From a virus (taxonomy: Duplodnaviria > Heunggongvirae > Uroviricota > Caudoviricetes), in the IMG/VR virus record IMGVR_UViG_2526164669_000027: DNA of 48,145 bases; one strand, given 5' to 3'. The notes under the pieces were generated by a model that saw nothing but the letters and a program-made list of their open reading frames with translations, was not told the origin of the DNA and made no database searches. This document shows positions 29,489 to 37,972 of the stretch, piece by piece (position 1 is the stretch's first letter; every line of letters starts with the position of its first letter). The position numbers and the translations under genes were made by a program.

Positions 29489-29511
29489 TTACATTCCAGT
29501 ATGGAATGTAA
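29489..29511. promoter_or_regulatory. perfect 10-3-10 inverted repeat TTACATTCCA-gta-TGGAATGTAA (putative operator)
   Basis: Read directly; lies about 30 bp upstream of the ATG at 29542 in an AT-rich promoter-like region. Confidence 0.5.
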
Positions 29512-29541
29512 CTTTAGACATTACTACACAGGGATTATCTT

Positions 29542-30729
29542 ATGTCTCTTCGCTTCAGACAAACTTTTACCATTTTCCCCGGAGTACGCCTTAACATCGG
29601 TAAACATGGGGTAAGCGCAAGTTTTGGTGTCCCCGGAGCCACAGTTAATGTTAACCAAAAAGGAATTAAAGCAACTCTAGGGTTACCAGGATCTGGTTTA
29701 TCGTATACATCCCCTCGTTTACCATACAAAGACAAACCATCCACAACCATTCAGCTAAATCCGTCGTCTGTAGAATCTCATATTGATGCACCCGAGTTAA
29801 TTTCAGACAACACCCCATCAAACGCAAAAATGTACATGCCACAAACAGGCATGAATGAAATCTCCAGTGCCTCAGTAGAGGCCTTGACAAGTACATCTCT
29901 TTTACCTTTACGAGACTTGATCGTTAAAGCACGAGAACAAAGAGCGGAAATAGCATCTGACTTACAAGAGGCTCTTGCAGAAGAATCAAGACAAAAGAGT
30001 GAATTGGCTCGACGTAAATCAAGCCTGTTTCGATGGTTTTATAAACGTCGCATTGCAGAACTTGAAGCAACGCTACCACAAATACAAGCAGAAGTATCTC
30101 GTCTTGTATCCTGGGAAGATAACACTAAAATCGTCATTAATTTCGAAACCAGCGATTCCTCACAGCGGGCTTATGCAGCAATGATTCGTGCTTTCGATAT
30201 TTTAAAATCAAGTATCAAAAAATGGGATATTACCGCAGATAAAGCTATAGATCAGTTTGCAGAAAGGACGTTAGCTACACGAGCAGTTGATCGTCATCCA
30301 GTCGTATTTGATTTCGCTTCAACAGATCTAATTCGTTTTACTGGAAGAGCAATGCGATTTGAAAATGTCAATGGCGACGATATATTGCTTTATCCGGGTA
30401 TTGCTGTAATTCCTCGCCCCGATGGGGCATTTGCTCTGATTGACTTACGGGAATTACAAATTAATGCGCAGCATCAAGGGTTCCATGAAGAGGATGGTGT
30501 TCCGAGTGATGCCAGCATAGCTGGGCATACATGGGCAAAAACAAATAAAGATGGCTCACCAGACCGACGATTTAAAGATAACTATCAAATCCCAATTTGC
30601 ATTTATGGAAAGTTATATTTCCAGTCCCAAACAGGCATTACAGAAGAATACATGGTATCAAATGCTGATGCTGCTCTAGCTTTCGCGGAGGCATTTAAGC
30701 GCTATCAGGATTCACTTAGCATGGAGTAA
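29542..30729 (+). CDS. hypothetical 395-aa protein; N-terminal Gly/Val-rich segment (DUF4236-like as recalled), coiled-coil segment, uncharacterised C-terminal domain
   Basis: Clean ORF with own upstream region, low GC, antisense to the late operon, in the Q-to-lysis cargo slot. Confidence 0.8.
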   Translation: MSLRFRQTFTIFPGVRLNIGKHGVSASFGVPGATVNVNQKGIKATLGLPGSGLSYTSPRLPYKDKPSTTIQLNPSSVESHIDAPELISDNTPSNAKMYMPQTGMNEISSASVEALTSTSLLPLRDLIVKAREQRAEIASDLQEALAEESRQKSELARRKSSLFRWFYKRRIAELEATLPQIQAEVSRLVSWEDNTKIVINFETSDSSQRAYAAMIRAFDILKSSIKKWDITADKAIDQFAERTLATRAVDRHPVVFDFASTDLIRFTGRAMRFENVNGDDILLYPGIAVIPRPDGAFALIDLRELQINAQHQGFHEEDGVPSDASIAGHTWAKTNKDGSPDRRFKDNYQIPICIYGKLYFQSQTGITEEYMVSNADAALAFAEAFKRYQDSLSME

Positions 30730-30896
30730 GCGTTAATATAGAACCCAGCTTCATATTTTATACCTTTTGAATGATTGCTTTAATAGCGAAAACCACTCAA
30801 CAACCTAATGCTGCCCAAATAATGAGGCAGCTATAATATTCTAGTTTAGGGGCATTATTCGCCCCTCATAAAGAAAAGAATTCTATGAGAATTAAA
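30730..30896 (-). promoter_or_regulatory. putative late promoter / Q-utilisation / terminator region downstream of Q
   Basis: AT-rich, contains hairpins GGGGCATTATTCGCCCC and GCTGCCCAAATAATGAGGCAGC; position equivalent to pR'-qut-tR'. Confidence 0.35.
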
Positions 30897-31262
30897 TTAA
30901 TATTCCATCTCTAGTTTGACATCCAACATCATTAACATACCAGCCACGATCCCCTCTGCTTTTTGCAACAAACGACCAACCCAGCAATCTGAACGTCCAT
31001 GTTTCCTTGCAAGCGCCATAAAAGTCATTCCCCCAACGTAATAATCCACGAGCAGATCATGCAAGTCACGGTTGTTCTTTTTCAGACGAGCCATGCAACC
31101 ACAAATGATCATCGCGTCATCGTCACAACATTGCGGACGTGACTTAACCTTTGACGGAATCAGTCCTTTGAATCCCGCAGCAATCGACGACCAGGTAACA
31201 TCTTCGTGGTTATTTGCCACCCACGCCCCCCAACGCTCAAGAACCATCTGAATATCACGCAT
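30897..31262 (-). CDS. late-gene antiterminator Q (phage 82 / DLP12 QuuD type)
   Basis: [34 protein letters not shown]...[21 protein letters not shown]... is near-identical to E. coli QuuD as recalled. Confidence 0.85.
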   Translation of the reverse strand: MRDIQMVLERWGAWVANNHEDVTWSSIAAGFKGLIPSKVKSRPQCCDDDAMIICGCMARLKKNNRDLHDLLVDYYVGGMTFMALARKHGRSDCWVGRLLQKAEGIVAGMLMMLDVKLEMEY

Positions 31263-31504
31263 CAGCGCAGTACCTCCTGCACCAGTTTTTCAAACTTTCC
31301 AACTTTGGTTTCCAGCTCTGCCACACAATCCACCAGCTCATCCACTGCTTTTTGTGCGCGGTGTTTCGCCTGCATCAGTTCCCTGAGCGCTGGCACCATA
31401 TCCTTACGAATGGCATCTTTTGTTACACCTGTTTTTTCCAGTTGTTCCGCCTGTCGCAACATTTCCTGTGCCTGTTTACGTAATTTCTCAGGGGTAAAAG
31501 TCAT
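31262..31504 (-). CDS. hypothetical coiled-coil protein (about 80 aa)
   Basis: Between the helicase gene and Q; stop overlaps the Q start. Confidence 0.45.
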   Translation of the reverse strand: MTFTPEKLRKQAQEMLRQAEQLEKTGVTKDAIRKDMVPALRELMQAKHRAQKAVDELVDCVAELETKVGKFEKLVQEVLR

Positions 31505-31515
31505 TATCTGGTTGT

Positions 31516-32916
31516 TCAAAAGAAACGCTCCATCTTACTGCTGTCAGTTCGTTTGTTACTGTATCTGCGCGGTCTGGACGGCTGCATTGATGTGGAAAGA
31601 ACCTGCGCGCTTTCCTGGTCTACAGGCAGAAAATGTCCGTTATAAAAACGTCGGTAAATCGTCCCCAGAGAACCATTACGTTGCTTCGTGATATTAATTT
31701 CTGCGATGCCTCTGGCCTGCGTATCCGGGTTGTACACTTCATCCCTGTAAAGCATCAGAATGATGTCAGCATCCGCCTCTATTTCTCCGGAATTTTTCAG
31801 GTCTGAGTTCATGGGACGTTTATTTGGTCTGGACTCCACACCGCGGGAGAGCTGACTCAGCGCAATCAACGGAAAACCACCGGATTTTGCCAGGCCTTTA
31901 AGCCCCTTTGAGATTTCACCCACGGCAAGGTCATGACGCCCCGTGGTTCGGGTTTTTATCAGCCCGAGATAATCAACCACCACCAGTGCCGTTTCCGGAT
32001 GTTTAATCAAATGGTGTTTCGTTGTTACGCATATCTCGTCAATGGTCAGGTTCGCCTGGTCCACCATCCAGATATTGCGTCCGGTCATCAGCTCCACACC
32101 CTTAATGAAACGCGCCCAGTCTTCGTCACCAAAGTTAGAGACAGATTTCAGGCGCGATACAGGCATTCCTCCGGCAGCAGACACCATGCGTTCACCGATC
32201 TGAATGTTCGCCATTTCCATTGTGAACAGAAGAACACCGCGCCCCTGTTCAGTCACTTTGTCGATGATATCCAGCGCCAGTTCTGTTTTCCCCATCGAAG
32301 GGCGCGCCGCGATGAATATCAGGTCGCCGGGCTCCATGCCTCCTGTTTTTGCGTCCAGCTCATCAATACCGGTCATCAACGTCCTGGATTTCTCCAGCCC
32401 CTGATTCCGGCATTCAACACGGTCAACCACCTCCGGAAGTACATCATCAATGTGTACAGGCTGAATAATGCCCTTTTCGGTCGACAATGAGACCATCATG
32501 TTTTGAGCATCCTTCAGGGCATCTTCAGCTGCTTCACAGGTATGCGCATCACGTAATTTCTGCAATGCTTCGGCCAGTGTTTTTTCTGCATCACGCAGTG
32601 CGGCATTGCGTCGCAGTGCTGCAACATAGTGTTCCAGAGATGACTTCACCCAGGTTTTACGCCCGGTATCAGTAATCACCGGGGCAAGTTCCGGCATCTC
32701 ATTGCACAACAGCACAGGATCAATCACGCCGGACACACGGGCCTGTCTGCAGATGCCTGTGTAGATATCCCGGTACGGTCGTACAGAAAAAACGTCCGCC
32801 GGTAGTGTGGCCAGAATATCCATCACTTCCGGATCTGCCCCACGCAAAAAGAATGCGCCAATAACAGCACCTTCCAGATCATCGTTACGCCAGACCGGAC
32901 TGTTCTGGCTGATCAT
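31516..32916 (-). CDS. replicative DNA helicase (DnaB family)
   Basis: 466 aa with Walker A ..GGRPSMGKTELALDI-like segment (ARPSMGKT) and DnaB-like C-terminal motifs. Confidence 0.9.
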   Translation of the reverse strand: MISQNSPVWRNDDLEGAVIGAFFLRGADPEVMDILATLPADVFSVRPYRDIYTGICRQARVSGVIDPVLLCNEMPELAPVITDTGRKTWVKSSLEHYVAALRRNAALRDAEKTLAEALQKLRDAHTCEAAEDALKDAQNMMVSLSTEKGIIQPVHIDDVLPEVVDRVECRNQGLEKSRTLMTGIDELDAKTGGMEPGDLIFIAARPSMGKTELALDIIDKVTEQGRGVLLFTMEMANIQIGERMVSAAGGMPVSRLKSVSNFGDEDWARFIKGVELMTGRNIWMVDQANLTIDEICVTTKHHLIKHPETALVVVDYLGLIKTRTTGRHDLAVGEISKGLKGLAKSGGFPLIALSQLSRGVESRPNKRPMNSDLKNSGEIEADADIILMLYRDEVYNPDTQARGIAEINITKQRNGSLGTIYRRFYNGHFLPVDQESAQVLSTSMQPSRPRRYSNKRTDSSKMERFF

Positions 32917-33800
32917 GCTGCCACACCTCCGGTATGTGCCCGGTAGCTGGGCCAGTTGAAGGACAACAGGTTACGGCCACCATCCGTAACCCTGTCAGCA
33001 ATACGTGGACTGATGTATGCCCACAACGCCTTCGGTGAAAGATTGCTGATCAGGATGGTTGGCAGAATACTTTCGTACCGGGCATTGATAATTTCCTGAA
33101 GAATGGCCATTTCCGCCGCGCTACCAAACTGGACACCCACTTCGTCGATAATCAGCAGATCCAGTGATGCATAATGCTCAATCACCTCATCCGCAGTTTT
33201 TTCGCTGTCATTCCGCCAGCAGTTTTTCACAGCCCGGGTCAGGCGCATCACGTCGGTGATCTCAACACTGGCGAGATAGTTGCGGATGACATATTTTGCC
33301 ATCGCAACCGCCAGGTGATTTTTCCCGGTGCCACAACTGCCAGTCAGCACGAGATTTGTGCCGTTCTCCAGAACATCCGCCCAGTTTTCGGCATAGCGAC
33401 GACAGGCAGCAAGATTTCTGGCTGCGTCAGGATTAATCTCCTGATAGTTTTCAAACTCACAGTCACGAAAACGCAGTGCAATTCCGGCGTTATCAGTCAG
33501 TTCTTCCGCCTTCAAGGACGACAACTCCATAATCACATCGTTGATTTCAGCACTCAGGCAGTGAGGGCAGTGTGAAATTTTCTCTCTGTCCTCGCCATTA
33601 CGATCCCCCCACACCAGAATATGCGTGTGATATTCGCCATGTTTTTCGCAATATCCGCGACCTTCACGCATCCGGCAGGAACGATAAGGCCACGGTTTTT
33701 CCCCAGTCTCCGCAAACGCCATCTCAGACCGTAACTCATCCATCCGCGCCTGTAGTCTTGTTTGTTGTTCACGCAGGTTAAACGTCATCATCGCTGTCAC
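32913..33800 (-). CDS. helicase loader (DnaC/IstB-like AAA+ ATPase) with Cys-rich N-terminal region
   Basis: Walker A LVLTGSCGTGKNHLAVA and Walker B LLIIDEVG; ATGA overlap with the helicase gene. Confidence 0.85.
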   Translation of the reverse strand: MTAMMTFNLREQQTRLQARMDELRSEMAFAETGEKPWPYRSCRMREGRGYCEKHGEYHTHILVWGDRNGEDREKISHCPHCLSAEINDVIMELSSLKAEELTDNAGIALRFRDCEFENYQEINPDAARNLAACRRYAENWADVLENGTNLVLTGSCGTGKNHLAVAMAKYVIRNYLASVEITDVMRLTRAVKNCWRNDSEKTADEVIEHYASLDLLIIDEVGVQFGSAAEMAILQEIINARYESILPTILISNLSPKALWAYISPRIADRVTDGGRNLLSFNWPSYRAHTGGVAA

Positions 33801-33801
33801 C

Positions 33802-34794
33802 TCAGAATGTTAAGTTGTCACTGGATTTACCGAATTCGTCAGACATGGCACCAAGACCAGACAGGATATCTATCTGTCGCTGTCGCCCACCTCCGGGAGC
33901 GGCTGGCTGTTGCCAGAAATCTTCGAAGTGACGATCGGGTCCAAAAAACGTCGCGGTCTGCTTCACGAATTGTGTGCCGGTATTTCCTGTGGCACGTACC
34001 CAGGCGGCATAACGCCTCACGCCATCAAGCATGGTTTCGGGTGTCACACCTTCCCTGATTCGGGCTTTCCAGGCTTTGAAGGCTGCCGACTTGGAATTAC
34101 CACCAGCACGTTTGGGGTATTCCTGCCAGGCCTGTTCAAATTCCGGTGAATATTCCTGTCGGGCAGAACGCGCTGGTGCAGACGCGTCAGCGGATGCGCC
34201 AATAGTGTTTTTAGTCTCCGTTGTAATCTCTGTAGTAATCTCTGTATTTGTATCAACATTCGGCGTATCCCCTGTTCCGTTATGACGTTGGGGGGTGTTC
34301 CGTTTTAACGTAATAGCTGTGTCGCTGACTGTGTTATTGCTGTTACTTTCTGACGAAACAGAAGAAGGTGTGGTGATGGCAGCAATTGCCTGTGGGTTGA
34401 TCCCGACAAACAAAATATTGCTGCATTTCACACCATCGAGCATTTCCACAGTGCGTAAATCCAGGGTAATAAAACCGGCATCCCGCAGACGCTTCAGCGC
34501 ATCTGCAGTTTCCCTTTTCCCGAAACCAAACTGCTCAGCAAACGCCTGATAGCTTCTTTGCAGCTTGTCCCCCTGAAAACGCTTGCGATATCCCAGCAAA
34601 GCCCCGGTATGCTCATCCCGGACTTCTGTCGGGCGGTACCAATAAACGATCTCTGAGAGCAGGGCGATAGCGGTCGCATCCGGACGACCACTGGGTAGCC
34701 GAATATGTTTCCACCAGTTCGCTGGTGTGACATTGCCGGAAATATTAATTTGACCAATAGCTATAACTTCCGGTGTGGGGGCGTAACGACTCAT
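33802..34794 (-). CDS. replication initiation / replisome organiser protein (lambda O analogue)
   Basis: Position immediately upstream of loader and helicase; internal direct repeats (iteron-like) in the middle of the gene. Confidence 0.8.
   Translation of the reverse strand: MSRYAPTPEVIAIGQINISGNVTPANWWKHIRLPSGRPDATAIALLSEIVYWYRPTEVRDEHTGALLGYRKRFQGDKLQRSYQAFAEQFGFGKRETADALKRLRDAGFITLDLRTVEMLDGVKCSNILFVGINPQAIAAITTPSSVSSESNSNNTVSDTAITLKRNTPQRHNGTGDTPNVDTNTEITTEITTETKNTIGASADASAPARSARQEYSPEFEQAWQEYPKRAGGNSKSAAFKAWKARIREGVTPETMLDGVRRYAAWVRATGNTGTQFVKQTATFFGPDRHFEDFWQQPAAPGGGRQRQIDILSGLGAMSDEFGKSSDNLTF
34223..34246. repeat. iteron-like tandem repeat GTAATCTCTGTA x2 inside the O-like gene (putative origin)
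   Basis: Two perfect 12-bp direct repeats followed by a partial third (TTTGTATC); encodes ..TEITTEITTE.. Confidence 0.5.
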
Positions 34795-35090
34795 ACAGCC
34801 TCCTTACGCGGCATAACAATGGTGTAACCCCGGGCAGGCTGGAACCGGGCTTTTACATCAATAGTGAGCGTTGCAATTTTTCGGATACGCAGATACCCCG
34901 CCCTTTCCAGGGCCAGGGTTTCTCTGAACATTGCCTGTTTTGAACAGCAACAAAAATCGGCAAGGACCTGGTGATCAATAACCCTCTCACCTTCACCGTC
35001 TGAAGAACCCGACATCAAAACACGCAACATAATCAGGCGCTGAATCGGATTATCGAAAACACTTCCGCATACAAACTGAAAACAGTTCAC
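34791..35090 (-). CDS. hypothetical protein with winged-helix-like segment (99 aa)
   Basis: ATGA-type overlaps with both flanking genes; ..ETLALERAGYLRIRK.. Confidence 0.5.
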   Translation of the reverse strand: MNCFQFVCGSVFDNPIQRLIMLRVLMSGSSDGEGERVIDHQVLADFCCCSKQAMFRETLALERAGYLRIRKIATLTIDVKARFQPARGYTIVMPRKEAV

Positions 35091-35311
35091 ACGGCACCTC
35101 CCAGGCGTTTAAACATTTTTCCGGACTGAAACACCGCCAGTGGGTAGCTAATGGTGTAGTTACGCCCCAGTAATTCACACACAACTTTCTGGTTTTCGGT
35201 GCTGACCAGACAAACCCGCAGAACGTGACCGTTGCTGGTGGCGAACCACTGCCCCACACGGGGGCAACGGTTGTATCGGTGATACAGGGAATTAACGACG
35301 CGGCGAATCAT
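35087..35311 (-). CDS. hypothetical protein (about 74 aa)
   Basis: Start MIRRVVNSLYHRYNRCPRVGQWF... overlaps the stop of the upstream paralog. Confidence 0.4.
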   Translation of the reverse strand: MIRRVVNSLYHRYNRCPRVGQWFATSNGHVLRVCLVSTENQKVVCELLGRNYTISYPLAVFQSGKMFKRLGGAV

Positions 35312-35964
35312 GGGCGCACCTCCCATTGATTACGACGGAAAGCGGTGTGACTGAGACTGGTTTCAGTTTCATGGAATGCTTCAATGCAGCTCTCGTAGTA
35401 CCGCATTGTGCGCAGACTTAACCCAAGCTGAAGCATCATCAGGCCATCAAGGGTGATGTAATAACCACGCAGGGAGTCACCATAGATGTGATAAGTACCC
35501 GGTATGAAATTGCGGGTAAAAAACTCGCGTGAGCAGTTCAGATACTCGATTTTGTCGACGATGTTCTGGTGCATGCGCTTGAAATGGCAGGCTACATGCA
35601 AAGAGAAAATAACGGTCTTACCGTTAATAATCTCAATTTTGAGGAATGGGTGGGTAGTGGTGGTAGTCATGGTGACAGCCCCTATGTTGAATTCAAAGAA
35701 CTCACCACATGGGACGCCAATCACAGAGGTGGTGAGACGTACAGGGTTGGCGTAACCGGTCAACATAGAACCCGGCGCATCTTGCGATGCCCCTGCACGC
35801 CCCACCATAATTTGGGCGTAGCAATGCTCATGACACGAAAAAACCGCATGAGCGCGGTTATGCTCTATATTGAATTTCAGGACGCCAATCCCGGCACCCG
35901 CTTTATAAGGTGCAGAGACAGTGTAACGTCCCAAAAGTGCAGAATCAATATGTTGGCGAATCAT
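35308..35964 (-). CDS. hypothetical protein, paralog B (about 218 aa)
   Basis: MIRQHIDSALLGRYTVSAPYKAGAG...; C-terminal 110 aa near-identical to the upstream copy; coupled to flanking genes. Confidence 0.6.
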   Translation of the reverse strand: MIRQHIDSALLGRYTVSAPYKAGAGIGVLKFNIEHNRAHAVFSCHEHCYAQIMVGRAGASQDAPGSMLTGYANPVRLTTSVIGVPCGEFFEFNIGAVTMTTTTTHPFLKIEIINGKTVIFSLHVACHFKRMHQNIVDKIEYLNCSREFFTRNFIPGTYHIYGDSLRGYYITLDGLMMLQLGLSLRTMRYYESCIEAFHETETSLSHTAFRRNQWEVRP

Positions 35965-36600
35965 GGGCGCACCTCCCATTGATTACGACGGAAAACAGTG
36001 TGATTCAGGTTGGTTTCAGCCTCATGGAATGCTTCAATACAGCTCTCGTAGTACCGCATTGTGCGCAGACTTAACCCAAGCTGAAGCATCATCAGGCCAT
36101 CAAGGGTGATGTAATAACCACGCAGGGAGTCACCATAGATGTGATAAGTACCCGGTATGAAATTGCGGGTAAAAAACTCGCGCGAGCAGTTCAGATACTC
36201 GATTTTGTCGACGATGTTCTGGTGCATGCGCTTGAAATGACAGGCAACATGCAGAGAGAAAATAACGGCCTTGCCGTTGACGACTTCGATTTTGAGGAAT
36301 GGGGAAGTTGGGACAGTAGCCATGATGGCAGCCTCCGTATGCAATGGATAACTTCCACCACCGGAGCTGCGAAACTCATGGGTGGTGAACTGAACAGGGT
36401 TCGCAGTACCGGCGCATACGGAAACCGGCGAGCCTTTCGGCCCCCCTGCCCAGCCCACCATAATTCTGGCGTGCGTGAGCGCGGACGATAAAAAAGACGC
36501 TGGCGCGTCATATATCGCCGTATGCAATTCCGGGCTGCGACCCCCGGCACCCGCTTTATAAGGTGCCGGAACAGTGTAACGTCCCGAAATTGCAGAATCA
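35961..36600 (-). pseudogene. paralog A of the 218-aa protein; no in-frame ATG/GTG/TTG at the position equivalent to the paralog B start (possibly 5'-truncated)
   Basis: Homology to paralog B starts near 36600 (..STQCIDSAISGRYTVPAPYKAGAG..); upstream frame runs antisense through the toxin-antitoxin genes. Confidence 0.4.
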
Positions 36601-36635
36601 ATACATTGTGTGGATATAACAATTTTGTTATCTTT

Positions 36636-36971
36636 ATGGACATGAACTACACTATCGAATACTACAGTGAAGAGGTCAGGCTGGAGGTCGACCAGCTTCC
36701 ATTGAGTATGCGTGCCCGATACCAGCATCTTGTTGAACGCATGAAGGTATATGGCAGCAATCTCGGAGAACCTCATACCAGTGCTTTCGGTAACGGGCTT
36801 TTCGAGCTTCGGATTAAAGGCAGCGATGGCATCGCACGCGTCTTTTACTGCACCCTGGCAGGAAAACGCATCATCATGCTGCATAGTTTCATCAAGAAGA
36901 CCCAGAAAACCCCACCAGCCGAACGCCAAAAAGCTGAAACCAGAATGAAGGAGGTAAAGCATGACTGGTAA
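36636..36971 (+). CDS. type II toxin, RelE/HigB-like (phage gp49-type)
   Basis: MDMNYTIEYYSEEVRLEVDQLP...FELRIKGSDGIARVFYCTLAGKRIIMLHSFIKKTQKTP: size and motifs typical of gp49/HigB-like toxins; overlaps the downstream HTH gene by 11 nt. Confidence 0.75.
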   Translation: MDMNYTIEYYSEEVRLEVDQLPLSMRARYQHLVERMKVYGSNLGEPHTSAFGNGLFELRIKGSDGIARVFYCTLAGKRIIMLHSFIKKTQKTPPAERQKAETRMKEVKHDW

Positions 36972-37269
36972 ACGTAATCCGCCAACCATTACACATGATG
37001 AAATGGCTGATAAATGGATGGAGGATCCAGCTTTTAAAGCAGAATACGACGCCATCGCCGACGAATTTGCGTTGCTTGATGAAATGCTGGCAGCACGTAA
37101 AGAAGCTGGTTTAACCCAGGCTGAGATCGCTGAGCGTATGGGAACCAAAGCAACTGTCATCAGCAGAATGGAAAGTAATCTGGCGTCAGGTGTCAGTGGA
37201 CCATCATTTTCCACACTGAAAAAATTTGCCCGCGCAACAGGAAAAAAACTCCAGATCCGCTTCGTGTAA
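36961..37269 (+). CDS. HTH (XRE-family) antitoxin, HigA-like
   Basis: ..EAGLTQAEIAERMGTKATVISRMESN.. helix-turn-helix; coupled to the toxin gene. Confidence 0.75.
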   Translation: MTGKRNPPTITHDEMADKWMEDPAFKAEYDAIADEFALLDEMLAARKEAGLTQAEIAERMGTKATVISRMESNLASGVSGPSFSTLKKFARATGKKLQIRFV

Positions 37270-37483
37270 GTTTCCACCATTACGCCGTCACTCTGGCGGC
37301 GCTTCACACTCCACAAAATCACGACGAAACAACCACAACGGACTGAAGCATTCATGCGAATAACCATCACGCAGGTAAATGACCCGCTGTGTTTCAGACT
37401 CCCAGCGTATAACGTGGACGCGACGCCCTCTGCCATCGCGGAACCAGCGATTGAGTACTTGCATGTGTTACCTGTGAGCATAA

Positions 37484-37930
37484 TCACACCTGCCAGCCCA
37501 GCGCCTGAAACAGGCCCATTTTCGGGTGATACCAGCGAGTACCTCGTGGTTCTGCTTCACTCATCATGCGATAAAAAGCAAACATGAAGGGTTCTACTGC
37601 AACAATCGCGCGACGAGACAATAATCCGTCCGGCGTCATAAATTCATGGGTGTCGGTAGGGATCTGATATGCGTTCACCAGATTGCGGCATTTCGCATCT
37701 GACATACCTGTTTTCGCCACCAGCTGACGGTATCCTGCATAACCATCGCATATGGTGCCTCTTTTGATTTGTTCGACAGTTTCGGCAACGTGGCTAACTT
37801 TTTCTTCCATCTTGTCGAGGCGTTTTTGCTGACGAACTGCTTCAAGAGCCATCGCGGCAACCATTTCGATTTCGCTCATTGGCTTACGGATCTGTTCTTC
37901 CAGTTCACGCCAACGATCTACCAGGCGGGC
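37484..37930 (-). pseudogene. Rha-family antirepressor, C-terminal fragment (gene split by IS insertion)
   Basis: Frame is open from the IS junction at 37930 downwards; continues the frame of the N-terminal fragment across the element. Confidence 0.7.
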
Positions 37931-37972
37931 TGAACCGCCCCGGGTTTCCTGGAGAGTGTTTTATCTGTGAAC

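Larger units (their letters stand above)
35300..36600. repeat. tandem duplication of a roughly 650-bp unit (two copies)
   Basis: CGGCGAATCATGGGCGCACCTCCCATTGATTACGACGGAA occurs at about 35300 and 35957; 3' halves of the units are near-identical, 5' halves diverged. Confidence 0.8.

Noticed and set aside
35569-36491. Plus-strand ORFs (137 aa and 116 aa) in the duplicated region
   Set aside because: Shorter, Arg/His/Cys-rich and uncoupled; the minus-strand paralogs are longer and translationally coupled to the replication genes. Not fully excluded
35961-37487. 508-aa minus-strand ORF as one gene
   Set aside because: Its upstream two-thirds run antisense through the well-supported toxin-antitoxin genes; only the last ~215 codons (homologous to paralog B) are credible
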